64,000 nucleotides of DNA from Puccinia triticina (lineage: Eukaryota): positions 1,736,001-1,800,000 of the forward strand of contig CP110440.1 in assembly GCA_026914245.1 (NCBI GenBank). The letters run 5' to 3'. Position 1 is the first letter of the stretch. Each line of letters begins with the position of its first letter. The notes under the pieces were generated by a model. That model had not been told where the DNA came from. It searched no databases and saw only the letters and a program-made list of their open reading frames with translations. Both the position numbers and the translations under genes were made by a program. Shown piece after piece: positions 1-11,264 of the stretch.

Positions 1-1541
1 CAGAAATTTGAGAGCCATGCCTAGCATAATCTCTTTTCTGAGGGGAAGGTGCCCAAATGCTTGGACAAAAATTTCCAAGAAGTTGATTTCTGCAGTGGTC
101 AGCAGCCAGTGCTACACCAACAAGAATTATCCCCTTGTTTTTAATGAGCCTAAAGATTGATTGCTAAGAAACTTAGTAATTGAGGAAGACACTCAGCTAA
201 CTGCATGGGCTGGTACAACTGAGAGCATAGAATTCAAATACCTGCCCCCAGGTCCTGTAGCGCCTCCTCCAATGTAGTTGATCATTATCAAGATCAAAGT
301 AATGTCAGTTGTATTGATAAGGCTGAAACCAAAGACCTCTATAAATTGGCAGCTGACTACAGCAGAAGTCTCACAACATCTCTCAATGGAGGTCATCTTG
401 ATTCAGACAACAACTTGTTGCCATGTTTGAATTTCAATTTATCTTGAGAGGTATACTCATAGCACTCATAGCATTTATCTTGAGAGGTGTGTGCACACCC
501 ATAAAATGGATACATGTCTTCAACTCCCTAAATTACAATATTCCAAATCTCATGGCCAACTTGAGTCCCCAATCATGAAGACTTACCTTGCCAGAGATCT
601 CTTTATGATGGAATGGTAAGTCAATTGTCAGGGTGGTCACCTCATCTGAGTTGTCCAATGTGATAAAAACTTTGGCAAGATTGTGATATATAGGAGAAAG
701 ACTAGGAGTAAGGATTAATGAAGATAGATGGGAAAGTCAATATATTATAGATCATAGGTATCAATCAGGATAATGGAGAATTAGGGTGATACACAAGGCT
801 TCATGGCAATTAGGGAAGACCCTAGAAGCCAGGTCACTCACTTCACTCAAGTCACAGTTGCTGGTATGAGTCATTTATTCAATTGAGAATTTGTTCATTA
901 ATTGATTTCAAGCATCAAAAATTTGCAAACCATGAATTCATATTGTAGAAATCCGACTTATTTTCATAGGTGTAGCATGTACGTACGGCTGTGCTGTGTT
1001 GCAGAATGATGAAAAGGGCCTATCCTAAAAATATTTCCCCTGAACCCCTTACAGTAGCGTGGCGAAGCTGCCTTAACTTGGCATCTGGTCAATGATTTCC
1101 ATTGCAAACAAAAATAAAAGCATAAAAAGAGAAAGAGAGGAGAACTTTGGGACAAGGGTTTGTAGAGACAGGAGAAGAGAGTGCAGCAAAAGGTAGAGGG
1201 CCGCCCCCGCCGCCTTCAATTCCTTTGCCCAATTGATTAGGATAAATGCAATTGGGGAAAAATGATGTCAAAATAGCTTTGTGAGATAGATCTCGGAGCC
1301 TATGTGACACAACTTGATTCAGATAATGCACATGAAGAGAGAACTTGGCAGTCCCAGGGATGAGGGTGTCAGCACAAGTTTCTTTTTTGGTCTGTGCAAT
1401 TGTTGAGACAGCCTTACGTTTTTTTCCAGCACAGTGTTCCAATTATTATCCTCTTGCCGGCTCCTCATGCCCTGTGGGCTGTCAGAATCATCAATTCCCA
1501 TTTTTCTACTTTCCCAACCTTTCCAAGCCCTGACTTGAATA

Positions 1542-1585
1542 TGTTATGAGCTGTAGTGCGGGCTCCGCAGCGCAGACTCACATGT
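1542..1585 (+). mobile_element. 44-bp 5' fragment of a chromovirus LTR
   Basis: TGTTATGAGCTGTAGTGCGGGCTCCGCAGCGCAGACTCACATGT matches the start of the LTRs at 35970 and 41495 with 2 mismatches. Confidence 0.75.
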
Positions 1586-2438
1586 GGTATTTGTAGGTTG
1601 AATAAATCTTGGATGGGACTGCAAAGTAGAGCCTTGGGTGAGGTTTGGACTTGTCCACCACGGCTAGAGGATTGCTGATGCCGGCCTTATGCTTGATTGG
1701 GTGTTTTTTCAAAAATGAAATTTGGAAAATATTTGCAGGTCCACGTAACGAGTCAATTGATGATGGGCTCTTCTTGGCCGGTTGCCAGTAAGCGTTGGTG
1801 TGCAGTTCAATTTGGTTGCAAGCTTCAAAGAATCAAAGCTTGGTTGCGGAAAACGTGACCTCAATTCCAACTTTCTGGTTGCTTGGCAGATCTCCTTTGC
1901 ACAGTTGTCAGACTTTAAAACTTCTGCCATCTTGCAACACGCTGTGAGCGTGTCTCTCAAAAGTCAATCTGCGTAAATTGCCACAGTTGTAGTTGTCAGA
2001 AATTCATAGCAAGTGCTTCAGGTCAAAGCAAATTTTATGTGCAAATCTGTTGGTCACTTTCCGCTCAACATAGCGTGATGCCCAGGCCAAGTGGTACAGA
2101 TTGAGATTTCCACTAGGATGTCAACAAATATGTAGCACACAATGGCCTCTGTTGGGATTTCTGGCATGCTGTGCTTGAAAAATATCACTCAGCCAATTGC
2201 TGTTTATAATGAAATCAGCTAGATGCACAGACAGCTCTGTCAGCTTCCTTGTTGCCACCATGGGCTTTGAATTGAGCTGAGGCCGCTTCCAAAAAATATC
2301 TTGGCACACTGCCTTACCACTAAAAAAGCTGGTCCACAAGCGGTATAGGTACTATTTGCTCATCAGGATAGGGAATGACTTTCCATTCTCACAATTCCTT
2401 CAACTCCAAAGTGTCACATACAATAGTGTTGAAAATGG

Positions 2439-3189
2439 TGTGGTGGCCAACCCAGTAGTCAGCAAGATCTCAAGATTCAAGACGCTTAGGCTCTTTCCCC
2501 ATTTCCCTATCTTCCTCTTCTGACTCCTACTTTTCTCATTATCTTTCCCCTTTCCCCCTTTTTTTTCTTTCCTTTCTTGGTCCTAACACAGCTTGTGCTG
2601 TGGTTTTATTGTTGTTTGATTTGATCTGCTTCCTTTGTCCTCCCTTGATCTCTGGCTTTTGTCTTTTCTTTTCTTTTCCTTTGTTTTTTTTATTATTTCT
2701 TTTTTTAGGCGGTGGTCCTCTCTTCTTTCTCTGCTGGTCTTGTTTGATCCTGAGGCTTGTTTTACTTTGGTTCTGTTTCTCTTTTATTTTCTTTCTGTTT
2801 CTCCTCTTGTCTCCCTGTGATCTGTTGTGTTGTGCGCGCGCGCGTGGCGCGCAAGTGATATGATGAAATGCATGTGAAATGTTGCCTCCCCGAGTCAAAG
2901 TTTGCAGAACTTGGAGGAGGGGAGCAGCATGGGATCTGAGCACATCAAAATTTTAGGGATCATCTTGAATACAGAGTCCATCAAATCAAGAGAGTCAAGA
3001 ACCTTTCCTTATCTCAAGAATCCCTCCAACACGCAACAAAACCGCCGCCAAGGATCTAAACCACCCCACTACAAAGCTATCACTCAAATCCTACGCTCCC
3101 TTTCATTGGACCATCCGTGAGGGCAGCCGTCAGGCACATTTTTCCCCTCCCAGTGCTGTCGCCGGCCTAGCGCCAGTCAAAGAACCATA
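2439..3189 (+). mobile_element. Solo LTR, diverged relative of the 54403-62981 element
   Basis: Ends TGTGGT...ACCATA. Shares blocks (GCAAGATCTCAAG, AACTTGGAGGA, CCTTATCT, GAGGGCAGC) with LTR 54403-55251. Flanks ATGG/AGGG look like a decayed 4-bp TSD. Interrupts the Crinkler-type gene. Confidence 0.7.
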
Positions 3190-4254
3190 AGGGCTGCTTG
3201 AGAAAGTGTTTGTAACTCTTGCCTTGTGGAGGGGTGAAAAGGAGAGTCCAGGCATTGTACACAAGTGGAGCTTGACCATCCGCAATGTACACTGTTTCAG
3301 GATTCTGGATAACGTTATAAAACTCAAGACTATCTGTATCTACCAGTTCAACACCAGCTGATGTCATCAAATAGGTTGCAATAAGACCCTTTCAAGGCGG
3401 GCAAGGCTCCCACACCACAGTTTGTTTCTTGCAAGCGGAAATCCACATGCAGTAGGTGGAGAAAATGTTTCTGCCAATCCCAGGAGTGTTGGTGACAACC
3501 CATTTGCAAAAGCCCTGGGAATCAAAAAGCTTGTAGATCTCTTTGTAAATTGGGCAAACAAGGAAGCTGTCACCAAGCCTTTTATCTCCAAGAACATATG
3601 ATTCTTTTAGCTGCAAATATTGCATTGTTGTGTTGATAACAAAGCAGCATCTGGTTTGGCATCTAAAGTGGTGTCTGGCTTGGCATTCAACGCAGCATCT
3701 GGTTTGGCATCCAAAGTGGCAAATGTTTTGGCAACCACGGTGGTACTTGGTACATCAAACAACATGGCTTCTGGCAGAGACTTCCAAAATTCTATGATTT
3801 CCTGTGGAATTTCTGCTTGACTGTATTGCTGGCAAGAGAGTTTTGACGGGCACAGGATGTATGCTTACCTTTCACAACCAGGGAAATCTGTGGTTTTACA
3901 AATAATAACAGAGTAAGATTTTTAAACATCAAGCAGTGAGAGTGAGCATGGAGCAAGCTTTGACTTTGTATTACTAGCACAAGAGTTTTGACACAGACAG
4001 CATGGAGGCTTACCTTTCACTATAAGAGTAGGCTCCTGGTTGCCGCCAGGGGAAAGTTTTGCAGCAATTTCTTGAAGGCGTAATTTTCAGTTGAGAGCCT
4101 TGTATTCAGTGGTATGCAGTTTAATCTCTGCCAAATTGCGTCCACCCAAAGAACGCGGGAATAGGTTTTGTACCACACACAACAAGTCATTTTCTTTCAA
4201 TTCTGACAGGTTTTTCCTTGAATGATAGACAGATCTTTGGAGGGATACCTTTCT

Positions 4255-4973
4255 GAGTGTGCCAAAGCACACTCCGTTTGTAGGAGTGTGCCAAAGCACA
4301 CTCTGTTTGTAGGAGTGTGCCAAAGCACACTCTGTTTGTAGGAGTGTGCCAAAGCACACTCTGTTTGTAGGAGTGTGCCAAAGCACACTCTGTTTGTAGG
4401 AGTGTGCCAAAGCACACTCTGTTTGTAGGAGTGTGCCAAAGCACACTCTGTTTGTAGGAGTGTGCCAAAGCACACTCTGTTTGTAGGAGTGTGCCAAAGC
4501 ACACTCTGTTTGTAGGAGTGTGCCAAAGCACACTCTGTTTGTAGGAGTGTGCCAAAGCACACTCTGTTTGTAGGAGTGTGCCAAAGCACACTCTGTTTGT
4601 AGGAGTGTGCCAAAGCACACTCTGTTTGTAGGAGTGTGCCAAAGCACACTCTGTTTGTAGGAGTGTGCCAAAGCACACTCTGTTTGTAGGAGTGTGCCAA
4701 AGCACACTCTGTTTGTAGGAGTGTGCCAAAGCACACTCTGTTTGTAGGAGTGTGCCAAAGCACACTCTGTTTGTAGGAGTGTGCCAAAGCACACTCTGTT
4801 TGTAGGAGTGTGCCAAAGCACACTCCGTTTGTAGGAGTGTGCCAAAGCACACTGCGTTTTTAGGAGTGTGCCAAAGCCCACTCCGTTTGTAGGATTGTGC
4901 CAAAGCCCACTCCGTTTGTAGGAGTGTGCCAAAGCCCACTCCGTTTGTAGGAGTGTGCCAAAGCACACTCCGT
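4255..4973. repeat. 29-bp tandem minisatellite, ~25 copies, hairpin-forming unit
   Basis: Unit GAGTGTGC-CAAA-GCACACTC-TGTTTGTAG, exact 29-bp period, no spacers. Confidence 0.97.
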
Positions 4974-6171
4974 TGTAGGACTTGTGTGGGACACTAAATA
5001 TAATTTGGTGAAATATCCGCTGAGGGGGAAATAAATTCCTTAATAGGTTGAAAGGCTATTACAACTTACGGGTGGTTTGAAAGACCTGCCCCTCTAATAA
5101 TACTATGCAAATATCTAAGAGTCTTGTAATCAATATTTATAAAAATATGGCTGATTCCAAGATAGATCTTACTTTCATATAGTAATCTCTATCAGACCTA
5201 GATCACTTGATTCAACAGGCTAGCAAATCTGTTATAAGTTCTTTGCTTGCAGGCAATATACTTACTTTGTTATACCCGTATTACACGTTACTAATATGCT
5301 GTTTAATGCAAACTTGTTGTTGTGTTATGCTTGGTTCGACTACTGCCAAAACACTAATACTGCTACTAAACTTCTACACTTCTTGTACTAACCACTAATA
5401 CCGCTAATAACCACACTGCTGACTAAACTACCGTATGTGACCAAACCTCTGTAGGCTGAAGATAACTAAACTAACTAACCAGTTGTGACCAAACCTCTGT
5501 ATGCTGATGGGGAAACATCTGATGAGGGAAGAAAGGGCCTCCTTATATATTGAAGGGTGAGGGATTTTTGCTCCAGGGAAGCTCTTCATGAGGGATTATT
5601 GCTGCAGGGGATCTCAACTACACAGCCTCTCATGCATGTACTGCGCTGCATGTACAAACAACGAGGGGTTTATGCTGCAGGAGACACTCAACTACACAGC
5701 ATCTGCATGCGTGTGCTGCACTGCCTTACAAACAATGAGGGATTTATGCTGCAGGAGACACTTCCTGTACAGCTTATCTGCCTGCATATGCTGTGCTAAA
5801 TTTACAAAAAATGAGGGATTTATGCTGCGGGAGACACTTCCTGTACAGCTTATCTACCTGCATATGCTGTACTATGCGTACAAACAATGAGGGATATATA
5901 CTGCATGAGGCGCTTGAGCTACACAGCACTTTCATGGATGTACTGCGCTGCATGATGTCATGTGTTGCTATGCAACCAAGCCATCTTCCATCCTCTTCCA
6001 CACACTCTGCATCCATTGTCTAACCTGTTCCATTCCCAATGTTGGGGGTCAAGGCCTCTCCTCCCATCTTGCTCCTTCTTCCCTTCTTCCCCCACACTGT
6101 ATTACACACTCCCTCCACTATAATACCTCTGCAATGGGCTTTTGGCATTGTCACGCATATTGAACACCACA
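4974..6171 (-). mobile_element. Solo LTR related to the LTRs at 20052/28236
   Basis: Ends TGTAGG...CACCACA. First ~230 bp and last ~50 bp are near-identical to LTR 20052-21627. Flanks are CCGT/TCGT. Confidence 0.85.
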
Positions 6172-6699
6172 TCGTGCAATGGAAACACCGCAGTCCTAAT
6201 CCAACTCTCAGCTAAATCTCCGTCTAGACCGTGGCTTGGACCCCGGTCCCCGGGTCCGCGCCCATCTCTGTCCGTTGAATTTCCATGTGCTTTTGTTTGG
6301 TCGTACATTCAAGTTTCCCTCAGCAGCATATAAGCGCGCGTTATTTCTCCTCTCTCAGGAATGCACAAGCTTTCCAATGATCTCAGCCGCCCGGGCTTTC
6401 CGGCCATGCTGCTTTGTGGGCATTCTCTGACTGTCTGTCTATTTATACCACCACACCGCGCGGGTGCCATGTACGGGTCCAGGTGCAAGAATTTGGGGAA
6501 AATGGCACAAGGTACCCACAATCAGATGGGTCTGAACCCTGGCATCCCCATTGATGATTGGTCTGACTGGTCATTTGGAGGAGGTGTTACTCCCCTCAAT
6601 GACTAGCACAGACCACTCATCAAGAGGTGTGAGTGATGTTATTCCCCTTCATGACTGGTCTGGTCATCAAGAGGTTGTGTTACTCCCCTTGATGACCGG

Positions 6700-9600
6700 T
6701 GTGGTGGTTGAGTCTGGCGCGGGGGGCCAAATTGTCCAACAAAGTTTTGGGCTCGCGGTGCTGCGAGGCACAAGGGTTCTGCAGGCAGCTGGGGCGGTGC
6801 AGGATCTTCAAACAGCAAAGGCGGAGCGGCAGAGCGCATATGCTAGGGGAGCGTGCGGTCAAAAGCAGTGGAGCGGAGAGGACTTGCTGAGTCCAGGCAG
6901 TCCAGCGTGGACTATCTAGAGCGGCGCGGTGATTGGGGGAAGCTGTGGCAGCTGAAGCGGGCTTTGTCAGCGGACATAGCTGGGGCGGAGGCAGCAAGTG
7001 GGATCCCAACATCGGAGGCTAGACAGGGGTGTGAATGATGGATGATCAGGAGTTTGGCGGCTGTCTTCAGCAAGCAGTGGAGGCTCAGATGACAACGTGG
7101 GAGCGGAGGCAGGCAGCATTTGTGGGATGGGAGGAGGATTTCTTTTTCTATTGGGTTATGACATGCGGCAGAGCTTTCTCTTTTTTCATTATCTACAGTG
7201 GGGCGGTGGAGATTTGTCTATATAGAGGGAGGGGGGGGGGGGGGGGGGGGGTGTTCCTTCCTGCAGAGGGAGATCTCATCATGCTATCTTTTATGGACTT
7301 TTTATTATTATTACAGATTATTAATCTTTTTTGGCGGGTTGTGATTGCGGAGTTTCCTTATTATAGTTTACTTATGGCTATTTCTTGTGGTTTTTGCAGT
7401 TTTTTACGGTGGTCTACTTTACTTTTCTGACATATTAATATTACTAGAGGCCAATGTGGCTGCGCCGCTGTATGTGATGCCCCTAGAAAATCCTGCTCAA
7501 GCCAAACTTCAATTGTGCATGCATCAGTATCCTCAAGCTGATTTGGCAAGATTTGAACTGGACATGCCTAAGATTCAGGTTCAACTTACTATGATAACTA
7601 ATGACAATTTTTATGTTTTTCCAACCTTCAAATTGAGGATTAGAAGAATTTGTGTTGCTTCACTGCTGTACTTCTTGTTTGAGAGCGGCAAACTTAGCAC
7701 AAGTCTCTCCTGGGAGACTTATTTAAGCTTGTCCCAAGGGTGGCAATTCCACAATTCAAACCTACTGTGAAAAAACTTCCAACAATTTACAGGGGTTTTA
7801 TTGGAGCTGCACTGCCACTCTTGGAGTATGTAGATCTTTTGGTGGGGAGTTTGTTTTCACAAGAAGCCTCAAACAGCCATTTAAGACTGATTTTTCTTGT
7901 AGTTTATTGGTCTGGGATCTTGGACCCAAGTTATCTCCATCTATGGACCATTTTCTGCTTTTGCTCCAACCACCTTATACTCCATCAACAATGAAATATT
8001 GTGGCACCAGCTTCAAATGGCCATCAATACCTCTTGAAAAATGTATGTATGTAGAACAAATCAATTTTTATTAGCAAGTTGGCAAAGAGGAGTGAGGAGG
8101 ACAGGATGCAGATCAGTGGACGCTAGAAAAAAAAAAAAAAAAAAAAACCCTTGGCGTGCAGGAGTCAACGGCGGCTTGGGAGCGAGCGGGGGAAGGTAGT
8201 TAGCAGGGGAGGGATCGGGCGAAAGGTCGGGGGCCAAAGAAGCAGAGGGGGGAGGCGTGGTGGAGAGGATTGGCGGGAGGAAGAGGAGTGGCGGGAGGAA
8301 GAGGATTGGCGGGGGGAAGAGGATTTTGCTGGAGGGGAAGTCGGGGCGAGAGGTTGGAGGCGGAGGGCAAGGGCGGGATGTTGGCGGGGTCAGCAGCAGC
8401 AACAGCAGCGGGGGTGGCCGACGACGAAGACAAAGACCAGAGCTTATTCCTACTAGCTTGACTCTTTGAGCGACTCGACAGACGTGTCTTAGTTGTCTGT
8501 CGACGTTGGGCACGACGGATGGAGGGTTATTTGGGCGGCATGGGGGAGACGCATGTGGATGTTGGGGAGCCGGACAGAGAGGCGACTGGGGCTGAGACAG
8601 CCTCCGTCGGCCTTCCGTCATCGGCCTCCTTCTCCAACACCGCTGGTCCCCCCTCATGTGGCATGGTTTCCTGGCTGAGTTGTGGTGCGCAGGAACAAGG
8701 TGATTTCCTCAAACAGGGCTCCCGTAAATTTAGCTTCGAGCCTGGCTAAGCTGCCCATCTGGCGGCCCGGTGTTCTTCTGCTGCTAGCTGGGGGACAAGC
8801 TTGGACTTCTTCTGCGGACAGGAGGGGAAGCCAAGCAGCTCCGTGCCTATGGCCGTGTTAAGCAAACGATAGTTGTGCGAGTTAGTGTCAAAGAATGTGT
8901 GGCTCTGTTTAGATACCCGCGGGGCGCTAGGGAATCCGACAACGTTGTGAGGGCGTGGGTTGCGTGTGCGGCTGGACGGTGGTAGCAGTGATCCAGTAAG
9001 TCTTGCGCTGGACAGGCAACACAGATTCACCCGCGGGAGCAGAGAACCTGGCGGGCTGGATGATTGGCGGCGCTGACTGTGACATGGCTGTTTGGTGGAG
9101 ACTGGCAAGGGGAAGTGTGGCGTACTGGCAGGTGGGGACTGCTAGGGTTGTCCAGGCGAGGTCTGGAGGGTTGTTGCTTTCCCAGCTTTTCCCATCTTTG
9201 CTCAAATCTAGAGCTCAGGTTGGTGTCTGTGTCCCAACTGGGCAGCACCGGTTAGTCAAATGGTCTGGGCTGAGCGGGTGTCTGGACAATGGTTGACCTG
9301 GCCAAGTTGAATTTGGCAGGTTCCCGAGCACAAGGAAGGGTGTGCGGAGTCGGCGTATGTAAAGGTTGTCTATAAAATGGGGGCACTCCTCAAGCTTTAA
9401 TCCCCAGGCTGTCCCCCATTGTAGCAGGGCTACAAGAGTTCGAGTGACACGCGCCCATACTATGAGCGTGCTGTACACGCTAGGTACTTCCCACTCCGGC
9501 CTAGCGCAGGAGTTAGGGAAGCCGACGTATGTACGTCACGCGCAATAGGCGTGCAGTATCTGTCTTAGAGTATTTCCATTTCATATTATGTTACAACACC

Positions 9601-10352
9601 ATTTGTACGTGTTATGTCCCTACTGTTGAGATACTTACTCAACAGGGTTTCCATTTGATTTCCTCTCTCGTTGTCGGCCCTTATAAAAGGGCCTCTCTTT
9701 CCCTCGTTGTTTTCATCATTCATCTTCATACAGACAAAATCTCAGACTTCTTACTGTTACATCCATTACCGCGTGTTGCACCTACTACGCCGCAGACCCA
9801 CATTCTTAGACCTGTAGCCTGCCCGTCTACACCATGCTGTAATTCCAGCCGGGGGTCAGTCTCAACACCCTCCGCTGTTGCGCTTGCGCAGTCTGAGGGG
9901 TAATATTTGTTGGCCCCCCTTTGCATAATGCCTTTACTGCGCGCGCTGGGGGTCATCCACCCACCTTTTTTCAACCCTGCTAGACAGGGATGGAAGGTGG
10001 GCCCGGGTGCATCAGCTTGCTGATGCTAGCGGGCTGATTGTAGTTTTTTCATTTTTTCTGAGTGTCTTATAATTTTTGTAGATTTTAGATTGTGTAAAGG
10101 GGAAACCCATGACATTTTTTTCTGATTTTGTACATTTCTAGGGGGAACCCTTGATCTTTCATTCTATTTTTCACTGACTTTAATATACTTGGATTAATTA
10201 TTCTTGCTCTACGGAATTCTTTTCCTTCTGCGGAGTTATTTGCACGCTTATGCTACGCTGAGTTCGGACTTCCCTTGAGCACTTGGGATTATCTTGTGTG
10301 AAAAGGGTCTGCTCCGGTCATTTCATACCAGAGACCACCTATTTCTACCACA
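6700..10352 (+). mobile_element. Large solo-LTR-like insertion, probably with further nested fragments
   Basis: Inverted termini TGTGGT...ACCACA. Flanks CCGG/CCAG. Interrupts the hAT minisatellite in register. No recognisable protein. Confidence 0.55.
9420..9867 (+). mobile_element. Possible ~450-bp solo LTR
   Basis: TGTAGC...TCAACA ends with an internal TATAAAA box. TSD is not clean (CCCAT/CCCTC). Confidence 0.35.
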
Positions 10353-11264
10353 CCAGTCTGGTTATTGAGAGGTGGTGTTACTCCCCTCAATGACAGGCAC
10401 AGACCAGTCATTGAGAGATGTGACTCACCTAGATGACCGGTCTGTGCCCTTCATTGAGAGAAGGTTTGAGTCCCCTCAATGACCGGGACAGGCCGGTCAT
10501 CAAGAGGTGTGAGTCCCCTTGAAGGCCGGCACAGACAAGCTGTGAAGGGTCAATCATAGGTGGTACCTGTGGTGCACGCCAAAAGTACCGCTGTTACCCG
10601 CCCGCAGGTGCTGTGTATGGGTACGGGTGTCTGAAATTTGCAAAAAATGCTGTGTGTACCGGGGTACAATTGGCAATCTCTAGTTTACATCTTGTTATAA
10701 CCTAGACTTAGTATAAAAACCAGAGCAGAGTAGTTTTACTATGTACTTCTGATTCACACCACTGTTTTCTTGGTTTGAGTGGGGAATGTTGCACTCTTTA
10801 TAGCACAGTTGGAAGCCACCTTTTAAAGGATGAGCATTGCCCAGGTCAATCATCAGTCAAAGACCTTTCTCTCTTTCTCTCTTTCCTCTCTACTGTTTGT
10901 ATTTAACTATCCAAACAAATCAAACAGTGACCAGCATTTTATTTTTTGTGAAAACCTTCAACCTCAGCACTACAAGAGAAATTGTTGCAACTGCCATCCG
11001 CGCAAACTCAAGCGCAGCAGGTGGTTTTTAGCTGAACCTCTGTCATAGGTCACTTCAAGAAAGCTTCAATGCACATTGACAAAAAGAAACATCATTATGC
11101 AGTTTGGTAGACTTTGAGAGTTTGAATAGAAATCATCCTGGAGCATCTTGTGTTTCAACTGACAGTGGTTGTGTGACTTTTTCTTGCAGTGCAGGCTTCA
11201 GCATATCAAAATCCGGTGTTTTTGAATTGCAAATAATAGGCCTCAGCAAATAAAGTCAATGAAA

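Larger units (their letters stand above)
1480..4255 (-). pseudogene. Crinkler/CR-type gene remnant (Ubl-like header, P-loop NTPase, PD-(D/E)XK-like nuclease), broken by stops, frameshifts and LTR insertions
   Basis: Minus-strand fragments occur in the expected order: VVTNTPGIGR (decayed Walker A), TVYIADG..WTLLFTPP..YKHF, LYVTLWS, HCVLHI..WASRYV, LTFERHAHSVLQDG, YWQP..SIDS..IFQIS..KHPIK, RLYFAVP. GTAAG donors lie near 4013 and 3868. Family assignment is from motif recall, not a search. Confidence 0.65.
6456..10682. mobile_element. Degenerate non-autonomous hAT-type element split by an LTR-like insertion; left end not found
   Basis: GATGACCGG-type minisatellite at 6550-6699 resumes at 10357-10540. 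GGGTAC-rich subterminal repeats and a right end ...GGCAATCTCTA resemble the element at 18647-34545. Confidence 0.55.

Noticed and set aside
1..900. Possible decayed Copia gag/protease on the minus strand
   Set aside because: Only faint motif echoes; cannot be supported without a search.
4087..4968. Three long minus-strand ORFs (217-293 aa)
   Set aside because: Artefact of a stop-free 29-bp repeat; only the part below 4255 may belong to the Crinkler-type remnant.
4255..4973. CRISPR array (29-bp hairpin repeats)
   Set aside because: Units are head-to-tail with no spacers, no cas genes are present, and the context is eukaryotic.
8061..8749. Pro/Gly-rich ORFs
   Set aside because: GC-rich low-complexity sequence inside an LTR-like insertion; no recognisable domain.
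7445..10035. Helitron 3' ends (CTAG at ~7483 and ~8123; hairpin at ~10009-10026)
   Set aside because: No matching 5' TC end or second copy in the window.
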